Assembly: GCA_963810945.1 (NCBI GenBank)
Contig: CAWEPI010000008.1
Span: 6,645 to 70,644 of the forward strand
DNA: 64,000 nt
Direction of reading: 5' to 3'
Source: an uncultured Actinomycetes bacterium
GTDB lineage: Bacteria; Actinomycetota; UBA4738; HRBIN12
Both the position numbers and the translations under genes were made by a program. The notes under the pieces are model-generated. The model was given only the letters and a program-made list of their open reading frames with translations, was not told the DNA's origin and ran no database searches. This document shows, piece by piece, positions 31,797 to 41,298 of this stretch (position 1 is its first letter; each line of letters opens with the position of its first letter).

Positions 31797-33236
31797 TCAC
31801 GGTCCGAACCACCTCGTCAGGGCGTCGCGCAAGCCGGCGTCTCTGCCCTCGCCAACCCAGGCGACGTGTCCGTCAGGTCGGACCAGCACGGCCGACGGGG
31901 CGCTGACCTCGCCCAGCACGGGAAGCTCCCACGGGCCTGCGTACGACGCATCGACCAACCGAACCCGCTCGGCCCACGCCGCGATGTCCAAGGCGCCGGC
32001 ATCACCGAGGTTGAGCAACACCGGCTCGGCGTCGTGCAACAACTCGAAGACGCGCACGGGCCCGTTCGCGGTCGCGAGGTCCAGGTCCGGCATGCGCCGT
32101 CCGAGCATCGGATGGCCCTCGCCAAGGTCGTAGTGAACATCGAGGCCGGAGATCATCCCGGCGATGTGCTTCCGCGGCTCCTCCATCGTCAGCAGCTCGG
32201 CCAGGAGGTCGCGCAGTGCACCCGTCCGCTCGTCGGTGGCGCCCAATGCACGTTGCGCCATCGTGTTCTGCAGCACACGCGCACCCACGGGGTGTCGTTC
32301 GGCTTGATAGGTGTCGAGCAGGCTCACGGGTGATGTTCCCTCGACCACCTGGGCCAGCTTCCACCCCAGATTCACCGAATCCTGCACGCCGATGTTCAGG
32401 CCCTGCCCGCCCATCGGAGGGTGCACGTGTGCGGCGTCTCCCGCGACCAGCACGCGCCCGCTGCGATAGGCCACCGCCTGACGTGTCATGTCGGTGAAGC
32501 GAGAGATGAAGCGCGGGCTGTGCACCCCGTGGTCCGTCCCGTCGACGCGGATGAGTGCGGCGCGGAGATCCTCCAGGGTGGGCTCATCGGTTCGATCCAC
32601 GTCCGGTTCGATCAGGGTGACGCCCACGCGCCCCCCTTCCGCCGGGCCGATGCCACCACCGCCACGCAAACCGAACTCCGGCTGCTCCGCCATCTCGACC
32701 TCGGCATGGATCCAGCACGTCGTCGGATCCCAGCCCGCGAACTCGATGCCGGCCGCCTTGCGCACGACGCTGCGGCCCCCGTCGCAACCGACCAGATACT
32801 GCGCCCGCAGTGATGTGCCGTCGGAGAGCGCGACGTCGACGCCGCCGTCGTCCTGCGCGAAACCCGTCACCTCGCGCTCGCGCAAGATGGGAACGCCCAG
32901 CTCATCGAGCCAGCCGGACATGATGCGCTCGAAATGGCTCTGCAAGAGGGCCATCCCGTAGTTGTGGCGGGTGGGGAAATCGCTGATGTCCATCGGCACT
33001 CCGGCGAACGCCTGCACCTGGACCGCCTTCCCCTCGGCGAGGAAGCGGTCGACGACGCCACGCTGATCGAGCACCTCGATGGTGCGGGAGTGCAGACCTC
33101 TGGAGCGCGAGCTTTCGAGCTCGAAGCTGGGGCGTCGCTCGACGATGAGGACGTCGGTCCCCGCCAACGTCAGCTCCGCAGCCAGCATCATCCCCGTCGG
33201 ACCGCCGCCGGCGATCACGACCGCATGCTCAGACAT
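31797..33236 (-). CDS. FAD-dependent aromatic-ring monooxygenase (PheA/TfdB/Rox-like)
   Basis: VVIAGGGPTG, LVGCDGGRSVVR, LVAGDAAHVHPPMGGQGLNIG, C-terminal LVRPDGHVAW. Confidence 0.92.
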   Translation of the reverse strand: MSEHAVVIAGGGPTGMMLAAELTLAGTDVLIVERRPSFELESSRSRGLHSRTIEVLDQRGVVDRFLAEGKAVQVQAFAGVPMDISDFPTRHNYGMALLQSHFERIMSGWLDELGVPILREREVTGFAQDDGGVDVALSDGTSLRAQYLVGCDGGRSVVRKAAGIEFAGWDPTTCWIHAEVEMAEQPEFGLRGGGGIGPAEGGRVGVTLIEPDVDRTDEPTLEDLRAALIRVDGTDHGVHSPRFISRFTDMTRQAVAYRSGRVLVAGDAAHVHPPMGGQGLNIGVQDSVNLGWKLAQVVEGTSPVSLLDTYQAERHPVGARVLQNTMAQRALGATDERTGALRDLLAELLTMEEPRKHIAGMISGLDVHYDLGEGHPMLGRRMPDLDLATANGPVRVFELLHDAEPVLLNLGDAGALDIAAWAERVRLVDASYAGPWELPVLGEVSAPSAVLVRPDGHVAWVGEGRDAGLRDALTRWFGP

Positions 33237-33306
33237 ACGCCACGTGCAGCATCGTCTCGTACAGCCGTCGTCCCCGATAGGTGGGCGCCGACCTCTCGCG
33301 CTCGAG

Positions 33307-33441
33307 CTACTTGGTGCCGGTGCTCCAGTTCGACGAGCTCCCGCTGCTGCCCTTGGCCTTCTTCGCGGCGCGCTTCTCCTTCAACGTCTTGCTGGCGGCC
33401 GTCTTGGAGCCCTTGCCCCCGCCCTTGTCCTTGCTGGCCAT
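33307..33441 (-). CDS. Small Lys-rich protein (44 aa)
   Basis: MASKDKGGGKGSKTAASKTLKEKRAAKKAKGSSGSSSNWSTGTK with GGAGGG RBS. Confidence 0.6.
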   Translation of the reverse strand: MASKDKGGGKGSKTAASKTLKEKRAAKKAKGSSGSSSNWSTGTK

Positions 33442-33618
33442 GGTCATCCCTCCGTCGCGCGCGATGTCCGTCCACCATACGCCGTCGGCGGCGCCCCGGC
33501 GGAAGGGCCCCCGGCGCCGGGGCCTTCGACCCGACCCCGCCGACGCGCCCGTGACTAGCCTCGAGGTGGCGGGCACGTCCGCCCGGGGCGTCTCCGCCCA
33601 TGAGGAGGAGGATGTCCG

Positions 33619-34317
33619 ATGCTCGAACCGAAGATCGCCATGGATGGGATCGACGCGCTCGCCTGGCTCGCTCTGATCGCCGTCGCCGGATTCCTCGTGT
33701 CCTGGGTGCTCACGGACCTGTTCCACGTGGGCCGTGCCCTCTACGTGGGGGTGCTCGCCGTCGTCGCGGCGGGGCTGACGGCCGGATACCTGACGTGGAG
33801 CGACCAGGGTGCCTCGTTCTGGACGCACGACTGGGCCTGGGGGCTGCTCGGCGCGCTGGTGACGGGCGCGATCTTGGCCCGTGGGGTGAGCCGCATGCCG
33901 ATGCCGGCGCACGAGCATCACCACGTCGTGGCCGGTGAAGGCGCCTGGGAGGGATTCGTGTACGGGGCGGCGGAGGGGCTCTTGCTGTCCGTGCTGCCCG
34001 TGGTCGTCGTCTGGCAGGGGTTCGCGGGGTCGAGAGGGACCGACGGCTGGCGCGGCGTCGCGGCCGGCGTCCTGGCGCTCGCCGCGAGCGCGCTCGTGAT
34101 CGTCGTGCACCACCTTGGCTACCGCGAGTTCCGGAACCGGAGGATCGTCCAGGCCCTGGGCGCCTGCCTCGTCCTCAGCGTGGGATACCTGCTGACGGGC
34201 AGCCCGATCGCGGCGATCGGCGGTCACATCGTGCTGCACCTCGCGATGTTGCGCAGGGGGCTCGAGCTCCCGCCCCACCACGAGGTCGCCCGCACCACAA
34301 ACGCACCCGTGATGTAA
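33619..34317 (+). CDS. Multi-pass membrane protein, possibly CPBP/CAAX-protease-like
   Basis: AGGAGG RBS; about 7 TM segments; intramembrane E (AAEG) and H (VVHH, GHIVLH) residues. Confidence 0.55.
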   Translation: MLEPKIAMDGIDALAWLALIAVAGFLVSWVLTDLFHVGRALYVGVLAVVAAGLTAGYLTWSDQGASFWTHDWAWGLLGALVTGAILARGVSRMPMPAHEHHHVVAGEGAWEGFVYGAAEGLLLSVLPVVVVWQGFAGSRGTDGWRGVAAGVLALAASALVIVVHHLGYREFRNRRIVQALGACLVLSVGYLLTGSPIAAIGGHIVLHLAMLRRGLELPPHHEVARTTNAPVM

Positions 34318-34364
34318 GGACTGCCCGGCCGAGCGCTCGCAGATCTCTGGAGCAACTCGACGCG

Positions 34365-34589
34365 TCAGCGGCTGAGCCCTCGGACGATCGGGCCCGCCAG
34401 GCGGTAGACGGCCCACGCCAACACGGCGATGCCGATGGCGGCCTCGACCTGCTCCTGCGTGAACCTCGTGTGGTTCGCGATCGGCCTGGCGACGGCTCGC
34501 CCCACGGGGCGTCTCCACCCGGTGAGCGCGGATGTTCCGACGGCGATGGCGGTGGATTCGGCTTCCATACGCGCGGTGTTCCCCTTCAC
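34365..34589 (-). CDS. Small hypothetical membrane protein
   Basis: C-terminal TM AAIGIAVLAWAVYRL; start overlaps the upstream small gene. Confidence 0.4.
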   Translation of the reverse strand: MKGNTARMEAESTAIAVGTSALTGWRRPVGRAVARPIANHTRFTQEQVEAAIGIAVLAWAVYRLAGPIVRGLSR

Positions 34590-34592
34590 GCG

Positions 34593-34874
34593 TCACCGCA
34601 AACGCGCGTCGGCGACCTTCGCGCTGTCCGGCCCCTCCACGAGGGTGCGGGCGGTCTCGGCCACCAGCGTGGTGGCGTTGGCGGCCCGGTCGGTCTTGAC
34701 GAGCGCCACCTCGACGGCCTCGTCGGCCTTCGTCTTGATGTCTGCGGCGGTCGAACGGCCGGACCGCAGCCAACGCCTCCACCGCTCGAGGGGGCGCTCT
34801 TCGCGACCCGCCGCGATGACGGCGAGGCCGACGGCGACCGCGCCGAAGGTGAAGATCGCGACGCCTCGCCTCAT
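34593..34874 (-). CDS. Small hypothetical protein with N-terminal TM
   Basis: MRRGVAIFTFGAVAVGLAVIAAG followed by a helical segment. Confidence 0.45.
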   Translation of the reverse strand: MRRGVAIFTFGAVAVGLAVIAAGREERPLERWRRWLRSGRSTAADIKTKADEAVEVALVKTDRAANATTLVAETARTLVEGPDSAKVADARLR

Positions 34875-34911
34875 CCGCCTGTCATCACTGCGATCCACGC
34901 TGCATCGCTCC

Positions 34912-36108
34912 TCACATGTGTCGGCGAAGGGGGGTCACGAGCTTCTCGAGCGCGCGCTGTCCGGTCGATCTGTCATCCCAGCGCTCGGGATCGATCCGCA
35001 CGCTGCGCTCGAGATCCTCGTCGAACTGGTCGTCGAGGAGCCTCACCAACCCCGGATCGATCGCCACGAGGTTGACCTCCTCGTCGCGCTCCGTGGAACG
35101 GGCGTTGAGGTTGGCGGAGCCGACGTTGGCGACCGTGCCGTCTACCGTCATCACCTTGGCGTGCAGCATCGACGGCTGGAAGTTCCACAGCTCGACCCCG
35201 TGATCCATCAGTTCCGCGTACGACGCCTCGCCGCCCAGCTGGACGAACCGCTTGTCCGCGTGCGGACCGGGCAGGAGGATCTGCACCTCGACCCCGCGGT
35301 CCGCCGCGTCGCAGAGGCGCTGGGCGATCTCCGCGTCGGGCACGAAGTAGGCGGTGGCGATCCGGATCCGCCGTTCCGCCAGCTGCATCAACGTGAGGAA
35401 CAGCGTCGAGACGTCCGCCCATCCGGTCTCCGACGCACCGCGCACGCACTGCACGATCGTCGGCCCGGGCTTGGGTTGGGCGGGGAAGCGGTCCACCTCG
35501 GCGTCGAACAAGACGTCGTCCGTCTCGGCCCAGTTGTCGAGGAACGCCGCGCGCAGACCGTCGACGGCCGGCCCGGTGACCCGGAAATGGGTGTCGCGCC
35601 ACTCCGTCTCGTCGCGCGCGTCGCCCCTCCATTCGTCGGCGATGCCGACGCCGCCGGTGAACCCGATCGCCTCATCCACGATCATCACCTTGCGATGCGT
35701 CCGGTGGTCCGCCTTGCTCGGTTCGAAGCGGTGCAAGGGGCGGAACCAACGCACCAGGACGCCGGCGTCCTCCATCATGTCGACGAGCTCGCGATCGATC
35801 GGGTGAGCACCCCACGCATCCAGGAGGACGCGCACCCGCACACCAGCCTCGGCACGCGCCGAGAGCTTCTCGGCGAACGTGGAGCCCACCTCCCCCCGCC
35901 AGTAGACGAACGTGAGGAGGTCGATCGTGTGCTCGGCGCCCTGGATGGCCTCGAGCATGGCCGGGAAGATCTCGTCTCCGTTCCGCAAGACGTCCAGCTG
36001 GTTGCCCTCGGTGGCGGGGACCCCGATCACGCCCTCGAGGATCCTGCGGATCCGCTCGTTCCGTTCCTCGGGCGCACGATCGATGCGAGCTGGGGTCGTC
36101 AACGTCAT
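34912..36108 (-). CDS. Cardiolipin synthase-like phospholipase D (ClsB type, no TM anchor)
   Basis: Two HKD motifs: HRKVMIVD...FTGG and HAKVMTVD...GSANLN. Confidence 0.93.
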   Translation of the reverse strand: MTLTTPARIDRAPEERNERIRRILEGVIGVPATEGNQLDVLRNGDEIFPAMLEAIQGAEHTIDLLTFVYWRGEVGSTFAEKLSARAEAGVRVRVLLDAWGAHPIDRELVDMMEDAGVLVRWFRPLHRFEPSKADHRTHRKVMIVDEAIGFTGGVGIADEWRGDARDETEWRDTHFRVTGPAVDGLRAAFLDNWAETDDVLFDAEVDRFPAQPKPGPTIVQCVRGASETGWADVSTLFLTLMQLAERRIRIATAYFVPDAEIAQRLCDAADRGVEVQILLPGPHADKRFVQLGGEASYAELMDHGVELWNFQPSMLHAKVMTVDGTVANVGSANLNARSTERDEEVNLVAIDPGLVRLLDDQFDEDLERSVRIDPERWDDRSTGQRALEKLVTPLRRHM

Positions 36109-37079
36109 CGCCCGACCACCGCCGCACCGGCGACGTCCGTGCGGTGCGGCTCGGACATCGCCACCTTCTGGGCATCCTGCGGCGCCGGCACCCCCGCACG
36201 GACGGCTTCCAACTGGGCGGAGACGGCCACACCGAAGAACACGGCCATCGCCGAGGCGTAGGACCACAGGAGGAGCGCCACGATGCCGGCCAGCGGCCCG
36301 TACGTCTGTCCGAACGTGGTGCTCACGCGGAAGAACACGTCCAGCCCAAGCGTCACGAGGGCCCACAACGCCATCGCGAGGAAGGCCCCGAAGGCGAGCC
36401 ACGACCACCCGGGCTGATGACGACGCGGCGCGCGCGCGAAGATCAGCGCGATCGACGCCATGATGAACACGAGGCCGACCGGCCAGCGCGCCACGTTCCA
36501 CACGGTCGCCCACGCATCGTTGTTGAACGCGGCGCCCACGGCGCGGCCGAGGGCGATGCAGGTGAAGCCGATGCCCGCCAGCAGCCCCGCCGAACACAGG
36601 AGCACGAACGCGTTCCCGTACTTGCGCATAGACGACCGATCCTTCTCCACGCCGTAGACGCGGTTCATCCCTCGCTCGAACTGCCCCAGTAACGTCGTAC
36701 CCGTCACCACGGCCGCCGCCAGTCCCAGCCAGAGCGCCACGTAGCGTGAGTTCGTCCCGGCGCGATGCGCTTGCGCGACCGCCTCGGTCAGCACGGAGCC
36801 GGCCGGTCCGGGCGCCGTCGTCTGCAGCGCGCGCACGATGCCGTCGCTGAGGCCGCCGGAGTTGAGCACGCTCGCCAGACCGACCAGCGCGACCACGCCC
36901 TCGATGAACAGCAGCGCCAACAGGAACGCGACCGAACGGGCATGGCTGAACCCGTCGGCCCACCGGAGCCGCTTGAAGGCATCGCGGATCAGCTGCATCC
37001 GGCCGACACCCTTGATCGTCTGTCGTGCGTCGTCACCGGTGAGATGCCAGGTCTCCGGGATCGCGCTCGCCGTGCTCAT
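36105..37079 (-). CDS. YihY/BrkB family membrane protein
   Basis: DGFSHARSVAF, FERGMNRVY, RWPVG, TFGQTYGPLAGIVALLLWSY. Confidence 0.88.
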   Translation of the reverse strand: MSTASAIPETWHLTGDDARQTIKGVGRMQLIRDAFKRLRWADGFSHARSVAFLLALLFIEGVVALVGLASVLNSGGLSDGIVRALQTTAPGPAGSVLTEAVAQAHRAGTNSRYVALWLGLAAAVVTGTTLLGQFERGMNRVYGVEKDRSSMRKYGNAFVLLCSAGLLAGIGFTCIALGRAVGAAFNNDAWATVWNVARWPVGLVFIMASIALIFARAPRRHQPGWSWLAFGAFLAMALWALVTLGLDVFFRVSTTFGQTYGPLAGIVALLLWSYASAMAVFFGVAVSAQLEAVRAGVPAPQDAQKVAMSEPHRTDVAGAAVVGR

Positions 37080-37963
37080 GCTCGTCCCCCCTCCGGAACG
37101 CAGACGCTGATGGCGTCCGGTTCCACGTCGATGTCCAGCTTCTTCGTCTTCTTGCGATCGCCCCCGTCGAGCTCGTACGGCTCCTTGCGATCGAGCCGCA
37201 CCTCGATGGAGCGCGCGGTCGCGGTCTGCACGAACGGCGACCCGGCCACGTCGCCGACCGCGGCGCGTCCCAGCGTGCGGGCCCACTGCCACAGTCCGTC
37301 CGCAGTGACGACGCCCACGTCCAACCTGCCGTCGTCGGGGCGCGCGTCCTCGAACGCGGCGACCCCGCCGAGGACCTTCCCGACGTTGCCCACCAGGACG
37401 CAGGTGGCCTCGCCCTTGAACCAACGGTGCCCGTCCAGACGGATCTTGGCCCCGAAGGGCTCACGGCGGATGTTCTTGGCGCCCGTCCACACGTAGGCGA
37501 CGCGGCCGACGGCGTCCTTGAGCCCCGAGTCCGCCTCGCGGATCATGAGCGCATCCAGCCCCGTCCCCGCCATCACGGCGAAGCGCTCGCCGTTGACGGC
37601 GCCGACGTCCATCGTGCGCCGGGGCCCGTGCAGCCCGATCCGGACGGCGGCCACGAGGTCGCGTGGGATGCCGAGGTTCGTCGCCAGCAGGTTCGCGGTC
37701 CCCGCCGGCAGGATCGCCAACGTCGCCGGCGACCCGGCCAGCACGTCGATGCATCGCTGGACCGTGCCGTCGCCACCCCACACGAAGATGAGGTCTGCGC
37801 CCTGCTCGAGCATCTGCTCCACGGCCTCGGGCGCGAAGCGACTCTTGGGCACCTCCGCCCACAGCGGGTCGCTCGCGCCTTCGGCCGCCAGGACCCGTCG
37901 CAGCTCACCGAGGCCGCCGCCGAGGGTCTTCGAGGAGTGGGCGACCACCGCGACCGTGGTCAC
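37076..37963 (-). CDS. Diacylglycerol kinase family lipid kinase
   Basis: VWGGDGTV, ILPAGTANLLA, GNVG, RPDDGRLDV, YELDGG. Confidence 0.92.
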   Translation of the reverse strand: MTTVAVVAHSSKTLGGGLGELRRVLAAEGASDPLWAEVPKSRFAPEAVEQMLEQGADLIFVWGGDGTVQRCIDVLAGSPATLAILPAGTANLLATNLGIPRDLVAAVRIGLHGPRRTMDVGAVNGERFAVMAGTGLDALMIREADSGLKDAVGRVAYVWTGAKNIRREPFGAKIRLDGHRWFKGEATCVLVGNVGKVLGGVAAFEDARPDDGRLDVGVVTADGLWQWARTLGRAAVGDVAGSPFVQTATARSIEVRLDRKEPYELDGGDRKKTKKLDIDVEPDAISVCVPEGGRA

Positions 37964-38814
37964 GACGACACCTCCATGCGCTCCCGAGCCTCGGGTTCCC
38001 GCTCGGTTGCGGCGTCCCTGAGCCTCGCGACGCCCGACGCCGAGCGCACGGCCAGGAGGGCGATGAGGATGGCGCCGATCCCCAGCACGACGCTCGCCAG
38101 GACGTCGGTGGGGTGATGCATCCCCCGGTAGAGCCGGCAGAGGCCCACGAACACCGGGATCGCGATCGCGAGGATCCAGACGACCGCACGCGCGACGGCG
38201 TTCCGGATATGGGCGCAGAGCACGATCGCGAGCGACAGCCAGAGCGCGATGGCCGCGGCCGTGTGACCCGACGGATAGCTCGACGTCGGCGGCGACGCGT
38301 CCAAGCGCGGGACGGTGGGTCGCGGACGATCCACCAGGAAGGTCGCCATCAGGAACACGGTCACCTCGAGCCCGAGCGCGATCAGGATCAGGCCCGCCTC
38401 GCGCCACAGCCGGCGGAGGGCCAGCACCACGACGCTCAGCGCGGCCACCGCGACCACGACGCCGGTCGACCCGATCGTCGAGCCGTAGGACGTGATCGTG
38501 TTCAGGGAGGTGGTGCGCCGCGCGACGAACCACACATCCACCCGTTCATCCCAGCGGCCGAACGCCCCGTGCAGCAGGACATGGGTCAACAGCAGCCCCA
38601 GTCCCACGATCAACGCCCCCATGAGCACGTAGCCCATGACGGCGATGACCACGGCGACGCTGACGGGATGACGATCCCGCTCCCTCTGGGCGATGCGATC
38701 GCTCAGACCGCCGGGCGAAGGGTCGAGGGCATCACCTCCGCCACGCGGCCGGATCGCCGCGCCCCGCGTGATCGTCCCGATCGATGTCTCGTCCGTGCTC
38801 GTTGTTCTGCTCAT
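37960..38814 (-). CDS. PAP2-family phosphatase
   Basis: RPRP...SYPSGHT...CRLYRGMHHPTD. Confidence 0.9.
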   Translation of the reverse strand: MSRTTSTDETSIGTITRGAAIRPRGGGDALDPSPGGLSDRIAQRERDRHPVSVAVVIAVMGYVLMGALIVGLGLLLTHVLLHGAFGRWDERVDVWFVARRTTSLNTITSYGSTIGSTGVVVAVAALSVVVLALRRLWREAGLILIALGLEVTVFLMATFLVDRPRPTVPRLDASPPTSSYPSGHTAAAIALWLSLAIVLCAHIRNAVARAVVWILAIAIPVFVGLCRLYRGMHHPTDVLASVVLGIGAILIALLAVRSASGVARLRDAATEREPEARERMEVSS

Positions 38815-38898
38815 GGTCGAAGGCGTTTCCCACCGGCGCCGCCGGGTAAACGCTCCGTTCAGCGGAAGACCACGGGATAGGCGGACATAGGTCGGAGG

Positions 38899-39789
38899 GT
38901 GTCGATGGTGATCGTCGTGTTGGTAGGGGTGAGCGCCCTCGCCGGTCTCCTCCTCGCACTCGCGATCCGTCGCTGGCCCACCGCGGATCCCGCGGCGAGC
39001 GCGAGTCGCTCCGTGAGCCAGGAGCTGAGCACCCACCGGCGCCTCAGGTCCTTCGTGCGCGATCGGCTGGATCCGACCCGCGCCACCGGGTTCGCGCTCA
39101 CCCTCGCCTGCGCGTGCATCATCGTGGGAGGGATCGCGCTCGGCGTCCTCGCGTTCATCGTCCGCAGGAACGCCGGCACCACCGATGTGGACACGAGCGT
39201 CGCCAGCTGGGCTGCCGCCCACTCCGGCGCCACCAGCACGACGGTGCTCCGCGCGGTGACGCAGCTGGGCGCCACGCCCACGGTGATCGCGTTGAGCTTG
39301 GCCGTCGGCGCCGTGGAGTACCGGCGGATCAAGAGCCGCTCGTTGTGGCTGTTCCTGGTCCTCGTCGTGGGGGGCCAGCTCCTCATCGTGAACCTCATCA
39401 AGCTCGGCGTGGCGCGCGCTCGTCCCACGATCGATCCGTTGGCGGCCTTCTCCGGCAGCTCGTTCCCGAGCGGACATACGGCGTCGGCGGCCGCGTGTTA
39501 CGCGGCGCTCGCCCTGGTGTTGTCGCGAGGTCGGTCACCGCGCGCCCGCGCGGCGCTGGCCGGGGGTGCGGGCGCGATCGCCGTCGCCGTGGGGTGCTCA
39601 CGGATGCTGTTGGGCGTCCACTGGTTCACGGACGTCGTCGCGGGCCTCGCCGTCGGATGGGCATGGTTCCTCGTGTGCGCGATCGCCACCGGGGGTCGGC
39701 TGCTTCGGTTCGGCGCGCCCACGGCGGCGGTCGTCGAGGAGCCAGCGGTCGCGCACGCCAAGACCGCGTCACGGATCGGTGAGGGGTGA
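38899..39789 (+). CDS. PAP2-family phosphatase (divergent paralog)
   Basis: KLGVARARP...SFPSGHT...SRMLLGVHWFTD. Confidence 0.9.
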   Translation: MSMVIVVLVGVSALAGLLLALAIRRWPTADPAASASRSVSQELSTHRRLRSFVRDRLDPTRATGFALTLACACIIVGGIALGVLAFIVRRNAGTTDVDTSVASWAAAHSGATSTTVLRAVTQLGATPTVIALSLAVGAVEYRRIKSRSLWLFLVLVVGGQLLIVNLIKLGVARARPTIDPLAAFSGSSFPSGHTASAAACYAALALVLSRGRSPRARAALAGGAGAIAVAVGCSRMLLGVHWFTDVVAGLAVGWAWFLVCAIATGGRLLRFGAPTAAVVEEPAVAHAKTASRIGEG

Positions 39790-40109
39790 ACGGGGGGATG
39801 CTGAAGTCGGTTTGGGGATCGATCCAGGGCGACCCCGTGTTCATGCGTCGGGTGAACGGCTGGCTCGCTATCTTCTGGGTCGTGATGATCCCGGTCTCGA
39901 TCGCCACCGGATGGATCAACAAGGTGACCTACGTGGCCGCGCTCTCGCTATGGACGCTCGTGTCGGGCCACTGGTCCGGGTGGCAGGCGGCGCGGGTCGA
40001 GGTCAAGCAGGCGGAAGAGCAGAGGAAGCGCGAAGGGACCGACCACGCGGGTGAGGTCGTGGAGCGCATCGTCGAGGAGACAGACCTCTCTCGCTTGCCA
40101 GGGAACTGA
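39786..40109 (+). CDS. Small membrane hypothetical protein
   Basis: GTGA overlap with the PAP2 gene; two Trp-rich TM segments. Confidence 0.6.
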   Translation: MNGGMLKSVWGSIQGDPVFMRRVNGWLAIFWVVMIPVSIATGWINKVTYVAALSLWTLVSGHWSGWQAARVEVKQAEEQRKREGTDHAGEVVERIVEETDLSRLPGN

Positions 40110-40218
40110 TCTGCGACGCGGGGGCCGCCCGCTCGCGACCGGCCGTAGACCTGCCTTCCCCCTTCCCACGCGCACGCGCGGCATGGCATGGTTACGCCAC
40201 ACGACCGCGGGAGGGGCG

Positions 40219-41292
40219 ATGTCGGAGCGTGGTGAGGCCTTGGCGGGACGCCTGTTCGAAGCGTTGTTGGGGACCACAGATCTGCTGAACGTGTACCTCG
40301 GGGACCGGCTCGAGCTCTACGCGGTCCTGGCGCAGGACGGTCCGGCGACCTCGGCGGAGCTGGCCGCCCGCGCAGGCATCGCGGAGCGCTACGCTCGCGA
40401 ATGGCTGGAGCAGCAGGCGGTGGGCGGGATCCTCGAGTGCGCCGACACATCCGCCACGGCGAGCGAGCGCAGCTATTCCCTCCCCTCCGAGTACGCCGAG
40501 GTGCTGCTCGACCCGGACTCGCAGTCCTACCTCGCGCCGATGGCGCGCATGTTCGTCGCCGCGTCTCAGCAGATGCCGGCACTGATGGAAGCCTTCCGAT
40601 CCGGAGGCGGTGTGGGCTGGGCTCGCTACGGCCCCGACATGAGCGAGGGGCAGGAGGCGGGCAACCGCCCCTTCTACGTGGGATCGATGGGCGACTGGAT
40701 CGCCACGGGGCTGCCCGAGATCCACGAGCGGCTGAGCGGGGACGGCGCCAAGGTGGCCGACATCGGATGCGGGGGCGGGTGGTCCTCGATCTCGATCGCG
40801 CGCGCGTACCCGCGCGCGCAGGTGCACGGCTTCGACCTGGACGAGCCCGCCGTCGAGCGCGCGCGGGCGAACGCGGAGGAGGCGGGGGTCTCGGATAGGG
40901 TGATCTTCCACGCGGTCGACCCGCGCGAGGCGGGGCCGACGGATCGCTACGACCTCGTCACCGCGTTCGAATGCATCCACGACATGCCGCACCCGGTGCC
41001 GGTGCTCGCGACGATGCGCTCGATCGTGGACGACGGCGGCGCGGTGATGGTGATGGACGAGGGCGTGGCGGAGGAGTTCACCGCGCCCGGCGACGAGCTG
41101 GAGCGACTGATGTACGGCTTCAGCACGCTCGTGTGCCTGCCCGACGGGATGGCGCACCCGGACTCGGTCGGCACCGGGACCGTGATGCGCCCCGCGACGC
41201 TGGAGGGCTACGCGCGCGACGCCGGGTTCTCCGGCATCGAGATCCTGCCCATCGAGGCGGGGTTCTGGCGGTTCTACCGCCTGAACGCGTAG
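40219..41292 (+). CDS. wHTH plus class I SAM-dependent methyltransferase (Rv2258c-like architecture)
   Basis: YLGDRLELY...ERYAREWL; VADIGCGGG; YDLVTAFECIHDM. Confidence 0.9.
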   Translation: MSERGEALAGRLFEALLGTTDLLNVYLGDRLELYAVLAQDGPATSAELAARAGIAERYAREWLEQQAVGGILECADTSATASERSYSLPSEYAEVLLDPDSQSYLAPMARMFVAASQQMPALMEAFRSGGGVGWARYGPDMSEGQEAGNRPFYVGSMGDWIATGLPEIHERLSGDGAKVADIGCGGGWSSISIARAYPRAQVHGFDLDEPAVERARANAEEAGVSDRVIFHAVDPREAGPTDRYDLVTAFECIHDMPHPVPVLATMRSIVDDGGAVMVMDEGVAEEFTAPGDELERLMYGFSTLVCLPDGMAHPDSVGTGTVMRPATLEGYARDAGFSGIEILPIEAGFWRFYRLNA

Positions 41293-41298
41293 ACGGTC

